Positions 54,696 to 64,000 of a stretch of 64,000 nt of DNA are shown here, piece after piece. Origin of the DNA: Utricularia gibba (taxonomy: Eukaryota > Plantae > Magnoliophyta); the NCBI GenBank assembly GCA_002189035.1, contig NEEC01000013.1, positions 310,001 to 374,000 on the forward strand, written 5' to 3'. Positions within the stretch are counted from its first letter, which is position 1; every line of letters begins with the position of its first letter. Under the pieces are notes generated by a model. It searched no databases. It saw only the letters and a list, made by a program, of their open reading frames with translations, and was not told the DNA's origin. A program made the position numbers and the translations under genes.

Positions 54696-54799
54696 TCAAA
54701 ACAATAACACTGAATTGGGTTTCGTTGCTTGTTCATGGGAGGTTTTTCTTCTGAAAAATTATCTTCTCCTTGTTGTTTGTGTTGTTGAATCCTCCCAAA

Positions 54800-57700
54800 G
54801 GAGCTCCCAATGAATCTTCTCTCTCTTTTTCCAATGCAGGTACTATTCATGACACCCATACTTTTCTTGACGTGAACCTTCAGACTACTGCAAAAAAAGT
54901 TGGCTCACTATCCCCTTCTTTTATGCTGCGTCTTCTACTAAATAATTGCTGCACAAAATTTATGTCTTGCTCTTATCTGATTTTAACACCTTGCTCTTAT
55001 GCTAAAAAACGGTTAATGACATATAATGGACTAAATTAAAGAATTTAGTTCATAGGCACACAAAATCATATCTTTTCCTAAATTTGATAGGACATCTAAA
55101 ATCATGAAATAAATACTCAAAATATAATAAAAAAATTACAATTTTTATATCATAAAAATAGAAAAATTTATATGTTATTATCCAACTTGACATCATTTCT
55201 GGCCCTTCACTTGGAACCATCGACTCCTCTCTATGTCACATAACCCGGAGGAACGTGCGCAATTAATGATGTGATTCATTGCCACTTCTACTCGAGAATG
55301 AGAGTGCATAATTTGTGCTTTGATTTTCTTATTTTTGATTTTCACAGAAATTATGACATGGTGTTAGGAGGAAGCTTTCTCAGTGCATACGACCCATTCT
55401 TTGGAAGCTATCAGAAGATGTCCTTTTCCATTACCAAAAATGAGGAACTCACCACTCTTCCTTATTGAGGTTCTTCTAAAATGGTTGCGTTATTGAATGC
55501 TGCTATCATGGCCCATGCCCCCTTGCACAATATTGTTTATTTCGAGCACCAACTCTCAAGGTTTTACGTTAGCTTCCCAAGTAGTCAACCATCCTGAAAT
55601 TACCCCAAGTCAACTACACTTAACTTTGAAGATCCCATAAAGGATCCTCGGTTGTGCTTGGGAAAATTATTAATGCACCCTCCACTTTTCAATGATTGAT
55701 GAACACAATTTTTGCAATTGTGATTCGTAAATTTCTACTTGTTTTTTTTTATGATATCTTAGTTTACAGCAAAAAATCCTAGCATGGACACCTTCAGCAC
55801 CTTGTGGTGGTCTTAGAGCTCTTACAACACCACTCTCTCTTGGCCAAACATTCAAAATGCTCCTTTGATGTTCAACACATCTCCCACAAAAGGGGTGACC
55901 ATGGACAATAGTAAGATTAAAGCCATGCTCTCATGGCCGTAGCCTTGCACAGTACAGGAATTTTGTAGCTTTCGGGGATTATCTGGATGTTATCGTCGCT
56001 TCATAAAAAATTATGGACTTCTCAATCGACTTCTCATGCAATTACTCAAAAGGATAGTTTTCATTGGTGTATTGTGGCCTTCGAATCCTTCCGCTTATTG
56101 AAACTGGCCCTCAATACTGCTCCAATTCCTGTCCTTCTGGATTTTTCTACAAAATTCATGCTTGAAGCAGATACCTGTGACTATGGAATTGGTGCTGTTC
56201 TCTCCCAAAACGACAACCCTATAGCGCTCTACTCTCATGCATTGGGGGAAAAATACAAGAGCCTTTCTATTTATGAGAAGGAGTTAATCACAATTGTTAA
56301 AGCCATTCTGTATTAGAAGCATTATTTGGTTGGCTGCTTGTTTATTGTTTATTGTCTTGCAACCTCTCTCTTGAAACCATATAAATTGATAAACTCCAGG
56401 ATCCTTCCTTTCACCCAGCCTTCCACCACCATGGTCTTCTAAAATTTAAGGGCCACTATAATGTGGGCGCTGATTCGGACTTGTGCTACAGACTCTTTGT
56501 GGCCCTCCATTCTTCTACCATTAGTGGTCATTATAGCATCCAAACGACTTATCAATGCCTCAAGAAATACTTCTATTGTAAAAATGTGCGGAAGGATGTT
56601 GATCAATAGGTACATGAATGTGTCACTTGTTGTCATATCCACTTTGATCGAGCTCCTATCCCAAGCAAAAATATGGATCCTTTCATGTCAATGGATTTGT
56701 AAATGTATGGACTTCATTGAAGGACTGCCCCCTCACGTGGCAAAAATACAATCTTATTGGTTGTGAGTTGCTTAACCAAATATGTTCATTTTCTCCATCT
56801 CACCCACTCTTATACAACAAAAATTGTTGCTGATGTCTTCATTGATCATCATTATAAATTACATGGCTTACCTGATAATATTGTATTTGATCATGACAAG
56901 GTTTTTACTAGCTCCATGTGGACTACCCTTTGTCACCACCTAAGCCTTTCTACTACTTAGCACCTTCAGTCAAATGGTCAAACAAAGCATGTCAATCAAT
57001 GCTTGTAAACTTATCTTCGTGGCTTGTGTCACCAACACCCTAGCAAATGGAGTCAATGGTTACCTCTAACAGAATTCTAGTACAATACATCCTTTCACAC
57101 TAGTATCTAACTCACTCCTTTTGAACCTCTTTATGGCTACTCTCTCACTCATTTACCTTGAGCGCCAACCGATTCTACTGACCCACTTCTTATTCCCAAC
57201 ATCCAGGAGCCTCTGAACATGCTTGACACCCTCAAGTGATATGTGATACATGCTCAACACTAGATGAAACTCTATGTTGACAAAGATCACACGGAGCACA
57301 CTTTTGATGTTGTTGATTTGATCTATCAAAAATTGTGACCGCACCATCAAACTTCACTAGCTGTCCATCGCAATCTGAAGTTGGCTTGCCGATATTATGC
57401 TCTCTATCCCATTATGGTGAAAATTGGTTCAATCGCCTATCTTCTTTCTCTCCCCTCCCCCCTCCCCCCGGAGAGCGAAATTCACCCTGTCTTCCATGTC
57501 TCACTTCTGAAGAAATGCCTTAGTCAAAAAATTTGCCCCATCTTTTGTTCTTCCTTCTTGCGGTGATCTTCACTGTGTTCATATTTTAGATCGTCATGTC
57601 ATTCGCCACCATCATCAGCCCTTGCCTCAATTTCTTATCCATTGGGAGGGTACTCATCCTGCGATGGCCACCTAGGAGGATGCTCACAGTTTCCATCATA

Positions 57701-58200
57701 CATTTCCCCAATTTGATCCTTGTGGACAAGGATGTTCTGTAGCGCAAGGTACTGTTACACATACATCATTACCCACCTTGATTAACCCGAGTCCTGGAGG
57801 TGAAGAAGCAATAATGAAACCCATGGACATTAACATTGACAATCAAGAAGAAACCAAGAATAGAATGGAAGAAGGAAACTAGAAAAACAAAAAAAAAAGG
57901 TGGGTCACTTAAGTTCAACTTGTGAAGAATTTCTGTTCTAAAAAAGAATAGCTTTTGAAGAAGTTAACTTACAAATTTACTATAAAAAAAACTTTTGTAA
58001 TGAGAAACTCATTTTTTTGTGAAATGAAGATTTCTGCCTTTTTCGTTCAATCCTTCTTCTTGACTCTTCTCCCATAATCCCCTCTTCTTCATCTTTAATC
58101 TCCACTCCCCCCTTAAGTTGCTATTTTATGTCTCTCTTCCAAAGTCAAGAAGGAATGATCATTTAAATTTATTTCCTGCTATGAATTTTTCTTCATAATG
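54800..58200 (+). mobile_element. Second chromodomain gypsy relic (PR-RT-RH-INT-CHD plus probable 3' LTR from 57753), opposite orientation and nested
   Basis: EADTCDYGIGAVLSQ...YEKEL (RNase H), MDFIEGLP...KLHGLPDNIV (integrase) and ILDRH...FLIHWEG...AT*ED (chromodomain), then TGTTAC at 57753. No gag. Ends are approximate. Confidence 0.75.
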
Positions 58201-60426
58201 AAAGCAAAGGTTTTTTGATATCCACTCCTCAAAATCTTAGAAGGATAAGTGACGGATTGAAGGTGTGCTTTACAACTAGAGGTTCCTTGCTTTGTATTTT
58301 AGTTTTTCTCCTTCCTTTGCTATTGGTTTTATCACCTTGTAGGTAGCAAGATAGACAATTGCTTTGGCCATAACAGAACATTGATGCATAACTCATAGCA
58401 TCTTTGGTATCCATTGGGTTTTAAAATTTGATCAGAGTTGATAGATGTGCAGGTAAACCTCCAATGTAAATTAATAAATCTATTCGTGGAGGAAGATTGT
58501 CAATACCCAAGGCCATTTTTTCAAGTTGTCTGTTGTGTGAGGCATTCTATGATAGATTCTCATTGACGAGGACCGCACCTCTTATAGCATTGTCAGTTAA
58601 AACTGGATCAGGTCAAATCTTGTCTATCCTTCTTCAATTTCATAAACCAATTGAGAGCTTTTCCTTGTAATTGTGCAGCTACCACTTGTAATTTATCCTC
58701 CTCTAGGGTTTGATGGTACTCGAATACATATTGACAAGTATTCAACTACCCTAGTGGATAGGATGTGCCATTGTATTTGGGGATTTCGACCTCAATAATT
58801 TAGGGCCATTTTTTGAGACATAAGAAGAGTTGGAGTCACTTGTGGTGCTCTTGTGTTTCCCATTTGATGAGTGGTCATGGCTGGAATGACCTGATAATGC
58901 TTTAAAGTATTTCTTCATTTCATTGAACTTTTGTGTCATTTGTAGTTGAATTTGGTTCAGAATTTCTATCATTTCTTCCATTGAGGTGATTGAGAGAGGT
59001 TGCTCTAATACCAAATTGTTGCATTGCTGGCTTTGGGATCTGGTGCTTGGGCAATTTAGCTGTGTTTGAGGTGGAACAATAGGGAAGTGATGGAATTCAA
59101 TGCTTTCCAACAAGCAGAGTTTCTTCCTTTGGCTTATGATGAATCGAAAGAATTAAAAAAAAAATAGAATGCCAAGATAAGTTACTGGTTCTACCTTTAC
59201 TCTTTTAGTAGAGTACATTGTAATAAAAAGAAGAATAAAGATATGATGTCTTATTGTAAGATATAATATTTATTAGCATATATTATTTTTTAAAGTTTTG
59301 GTTATTCGGTCTTACACTATGTCACTCTTGCCTCCATCCTTCAGCTTGATTTCAAGGGATGTTTCTTCTTGTGTCATATCAGGATATCTCCTCAGAATAT
59401 CAAAATCAACCTTCCCCATGGTGGGATTTAATAGTGAATTGTCTCCTAGTTATCTGAATACAACAAAATCTGGAAGAGCAAAGCAAAAAATGCAAAGAGA
59501 CACAAAACAATTTTACTCCAATTTGATAGATCAAGTTTACTTCAGTGTAAGGAAGGCTAGAGGCAGTACTTGTTGGGAATATTAGTAAATAAGGAAATGA
59601 TATATTTGTAATTTGTATCATAATAAGGTATAAGGTAAAAGAACTTGTATAAATATGATTGTTGTTCATTAAGAAAGGCAGTAAAGTTGGCCATATTTCC
59701 TTAGCATCCATTGCTTTCTTCTTCACTATCTTGACATGGTATCAAAAGTGGGATCATTCATCGCATAATCGATCCATAGCCTAGTTGATGATTGCCAAGT
59801 TTGATTCCTATTCAACTTCAAATCCTATGAAGTCTTCAAGTGGTAATGTCGACATCTTCAACCTCTTCTGATTTGTGTATTCTGGTGTTTTTGGCATAGG
59901 TTGTGCCGATCAAGTTGAATGCCACAAATTATGTTGTGTGGCAGAATTTAATGTGGACTTTTCTCACTAGCCAATGGTGAGCCAGTTATATTGATGGTTC
60001 TATTCATCCTCCAGTGAAATTCGTCCCTCTCAGTCTACTATAAAAGGAAACACTACAACTGTCATTCGTGTAAATCCTAAGTATGAAGAGTGGGCTGACA
60101 CTAATATTTAGGTGGTCTCATGGATCAAGTCTATGCTGTCTTAAATTATCCAAATAAAAGGACAACTTGCAGCCATGAAACAAGAAGAAAATCAAAGTAT
60201 TCTTAGTTTTTACAATGAAGTTAAGGCCTTGTGCAATCAATTGGAGTTAGTTGGCGAGGATGCTTAATCTCATGATAAAGTGATGTACTTTATTGAAGGT
60301 CTACTTGATTGTTATGAGGAAACTGTCTTACCTCTACATCTAAAACAATCTCTACCAGCTTTTGACTTTGTTATTTTGGTGTTTCTATAGTGTGAGAAAA
60401 ATCATAAAGCTAGGAAGCTCAAGTTA

Positions 60427-60744
60427 AGGTGTGTTCTAGAAAATTTGTATCACCTATTTTTATTTTTATAAAGTTAAAAATACTTTTAATTCAGAACACT
60501 ACCTATTTTTACTTCTATTTTTTCCAAAAATATTTTTGGTATTACACTTCAAAAATTGTTTTTGTAAAAGTAGGAAAAAGCTACTTTTACATTCTATTTT
60601 TACTTTTCAATATAAATCCACAAGTTTTTTCATTATTTTCTAGAACACCCATTTTTTATTTCTACTTTTATAAATTATTTATACTTCTACTTTTTACTTT
60701 TTCAAAAATAAAAATAGATTTTACAAATTTTCTAGAACACACCT
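60427..60744. mobile_element. Tourist-like (PIF/Harbinger) MITE, 318 bp, inside the copia gag
   Basis: Perfect 23-bp TIR AGGTGTGTTCTAGAAAATTTGTA. TTA target duplication at 60424-60426 and 60745-60747. AT-rich non-coding core. Confidence 0.93.
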
Positions 60745-62798
60745 TTAGTTTCGACTACTAATGAAAATGCTAGAGTGCTAACGGTACCCATATCTAATTT
60801 TCAGGTCATGGTGGTCGTGATCATCGTGGTGGTGGTCGTAATTTTGGGTATCAAAATTACAGTTATTCAAATCAATATTCTGGTGCAACTAGTGGTTATC
60901 TGCAAGGTGCCTTCTCTAGTAATGATGGAAATTCCCAATTTCAAGATACCAATAATTTTGGTAATTTTCAAAATCATGGGTGTGGTCAAAATTTTGGCTG
61001 TGGAAGCCGAGGTAGTGGTAACTCCTCACCTCCTACTTGCCAAATTTGTAGTTGAATTGATCACATGGTTACACATTGTTATGATTGTTACAGTGATGTG
61101 CCAATACCTGTTCATTTTGCTCATCAGACTTTTCATTTTACTTCTCAGATGCCAGAATCAACTCAGGATTAAGGCCCCATGCCTAATCTGATGATGAACC
61201 AACCCTCAAACATGATGCAACAATCGAGTGTTGGGGCTCTTGATGATGGATGGGTTCTAGATATTGGAGCTGTTGCTTGTGTTGCATCTGATGTTGATTT
61301 TTATAGGTAATTATCGTTATCACCCCGTCACTCACCACGGCTCTATAAACCTTACTACACCTTATGATCCTCTCATTATTCCTGATGTCTATCTTTTTCC
61401 TAGTTTTAAGTTTAACTTATTGTCTATTTCCAAACTCCTTGACCATCTTAAAGCTGAGTGTACATTTACACCTTTGTTTTTTTTTTTTTTTTGAAGAATC
61501 TAGTATCTAAAATTATGTTCATTAGGGGGACTAAAAGGGTTCGATTTTACTATCTTGATGGTCATCATGAGTGTCAAGCATTTCCAACTCAATTTCTCTA
61601 GTTTCAGAATTATTTAGATCATGTTGCATTGTCATTTCCTTATTGTAATTATACCTATGATGTTAATATTTGGCATCAACGTTAGGGTCACTGTAGTTCT
61701 TGATCTTTACAATTATTATCCAAATACAATTATATACCCAAATCGCTAGATATTTTTTGATCCGAGCAATGTTCTCCATGTCAATTTGCTAAACATTCCA
61801 AAATTACTTTACCCTCTTCGATTACACACACTACTCGTCCATTGCAACTAGTTCACTTTGATGTTTGGGGTTATTCTCCTTGCCCCTCTCTATCAAGTTC
61901 CTGATTTTATGTCCTTTTTATCGATGATTTCACCCTATTTACCTAGATTTATTTAATGAAAAACAAATCTGAAGTCTTTTCCATATTTCGATCCTTCAAG
62001 AAAATGGTCCAAAATTATTTTCAATGCCCTATTGGAATTTTGCATGTTGATAGGGTTGGTGAATATACTTCTACTGCTTTAAGGCAATTTCTTTGTGATC
62101 ATGGTATTCAGTGGTAGTCCTCTTGCACTGATCGTGTAGCTCAGAATGATATTATAGAAAGGAAGCATTTACATATTACTGAAGTGGCTTTATCTTTTAT
62201 GTTTCGAGTTTCCTAAATATCTCTAGAGTGAGATTTTTCATATTGCATTCACTATAATCAATCACTTCCAACACTTATTCTTGATGGGGCATCTCCATAT
62301 CAAGCCTTATTTAATTGTGCTCCTGATTACACGTTATTGTGCATTCTTGGTGTCGGGCCTTTTTTCATATTCTGCGCAAGCATTGTAGCAAATTTGATCT
62401 CAAATCTACTGCTTGTGTTTTCTTGGGTTACTATTCTAAAAAAAGGGATATCGGTGTTTTCAGCTTTCTTCTCGGCACATTCTTGTATCACAAGATGTGA
62501 ACTTTGACAAATGGAGTTTTCCTTTCCTTGATCATGCCACTGGATCACCAACTAGTGACCATTCCTTCTCGACGGCTCCTTCTTGCCCCCTGAAGAGTGG
62601 GTTCAGTGCTTGTGCGACCAGTGGTTGCTATGTTGACCCTGAATTCATTTCCCTTGCTTCACCACTGAATTCTTGACATTCGGTGGCTATTCAAGATCCT
62701 TTAATACAGACGATCATGAATGATGGCCCTGCTAATGTTAATGATGTCGTGAGTGACTACCCTACTGAGGTTAGTGATGCTGATGGTGAATTCTATTG

Positions 62799-62813
62799 CC
62801 CCCCCCCCCCCCC
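62799..62813 (+). repeat. Poly-C tract (C15) in the copia INT-RT linker
   Basis: Directly visible. Confidence 0.9.
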
Positions 62814-64000
62814 AAAGGTGATGTCATCACTACCTTGTCACTCAGAGAGGTAGCGCCAATTTTCTGTTCGTCTTCGTGACTATATTTTTGTCATCCATGT
62901 TGCCATTTCGATCGACTGCTTTGAGCCATTGACTTTGGCTAGGCCATTTCAAAGTCTTGTTGATGCGATGCTATGACAAAGGAAATTACTACTATGCACT
63001 TGAATGATGTGTGGGAAATGGTTCCAAAAATCTGATATAAAAATATTGTTGGGAGTAAGTGGATTTATCGTATCAAGAGGAAGGCAGATGGTTCTATTGA
63101 ATGATTTAAAGCATGTTTAGTGGCTTAGGGATTTACTTAGAAAGATGGGGTTGACTATGATGGATCTTTTAGTCTGATTGTAAAGATTATTACAGTTCAG
63201 TTAATTTTGCAGCTTGCTTCCAATTGGCCCCTATTTTAGCTCGATATCAAAAATGCTTTTTTGAATGGAAAACTTTACGAGGAAGTATTCATGGAGCAAC
63301 CTCTTGGTTTTGATGAAGATGATTGTACTCACTTTGTTTATCGTCTCAAGAAGTCTATCTATGACTTGAAACAAGCACCTCATGCTTGGTTCCAACATTT
63401 TGAGTGTGCACTCTTGACTCTTGGTTTTCTTAAATCTAATGCCGATCACTCATTGTTCATTTATCGTAAGCAAGGGGAGATTGCCTTGCTTTTACTTTAT
63501 GTTGATGATATCATTTTGACAAGAAATTCTCCATACTTGTGATGGAAATTGAAACAATTGCTGCACTCTCATTTTGGATAACTGATTTGGGTAATCTGAG
63601 CTATTTCTTGGGATCGAAAATCTATCGTACTTACTAAACTATCACCATATGCCCATCTAAGTACACCAATGAACTCATATCCAAGGCAAGAATGTCAAAT
63701 TGTAAGGCTTCACATACCCCGGCAGTTGCTTCAACTTCACCTTCATCTGGAGATGAAATACTGATGGAAAATCCTAAGAAATACAAATCTTTAGCTAGGG
63801 GCTTGCTGTATTTGACTCACTCATCTAGATATTAAATATACTGTGAATCATATTTTTCAGTTCAACCGATTCTAGGACACTTTGCTTCACTGAAAAGAAT
63901 ACTGAGATATCTTAAAGGTACTCCATGAGAGGGCCTAACGTTACAAAAGGAGGGTCCTAACTTGTTAGCATTATTCTCTCTACAAGCCTACTATGATGCG

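Larger units (their letters stand above)
52773..59399 (-). mobile_element. Degenerate chromodomain Ty3/gypsy (Reina-like) with both LTRs; own PR-RT-RH missing
   Basis: LTRs about 52773-53147 and 59017-59399 are clearly homologous. PBS TGGTATTAGAGC (minus, 59013-59002). Gag about 59000-58210. Integrase 54400-53150 with YFGPFEI...AYELQLP and the chromodomain ILEKR...LVHWK...TCEDL. No convincing TSD. Confidence 0.8.
59571..64000 (+). mobile_element. Degenerate Ty1/copia (Ale-like), continuing past the window end
   Basis: Short 5' LTR TGTTG...TTGACA (59571-59736) with TATAAAT, then PBS TGGTATCAAAAG (59737-59748). Gag PIKLNATNYVVWQ, Zn knuckle CQIC, integrase LVHFDVWG...FIDDF, RT GSKWIYRIK...LDIKNAFLNG. 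Confidence 0.85.

Noticed and set aside
54800-57752. Simple internal inversion of the surrounding gypsy's pol
   Set aside because: Both strands carry their own integrase and chromodomain, and the sequence after 57753 does not match the flanking LTRs.

Overview
AT-rich, transposon-dense plant (eudicot-like) nuclear DNA. Five host genes were built by hand from GT-AG junctions: a group-D (TDY) MAP kinase (+, 11644-14597), Haspin kinase (+, 23065-26817), a divergent PIF3-like bHLH (+, about 28919-31289), an intronless purine permease (+, 36959-38005) and a SKU5-similar/pollen ascorbate-oxidase homolog (-, 52202-50331). Most of the rest is nested, decayed transposons. These include a complete CRM-type Ty3/gypsy (3087-9810, TSD GGACC) inside a MULE transposase and a Ty1/copia (39790-44665, TSD GTGAT) inside an older copia. 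There are also several Athila-like solo or partial LTRs, hAT and MULE relics, two chromodomain gypsy relics, and an Ale-like copia carrying a Tourist-like MITE with perfect TIRs. I found no clearly new biological system. The best leads are (1) the PIF3-like gene, whose phytochrome-binding motifs appear uncoupled or degenerate while the bHLH is intact, (2) an orphan WRKY-signature mini-ORF downstream of the permease, and (3) a CRM whose two LTRs share a stop codon upstream of the CR targeting motif. Family assignments rest on recalled motifs; no database searches were run.
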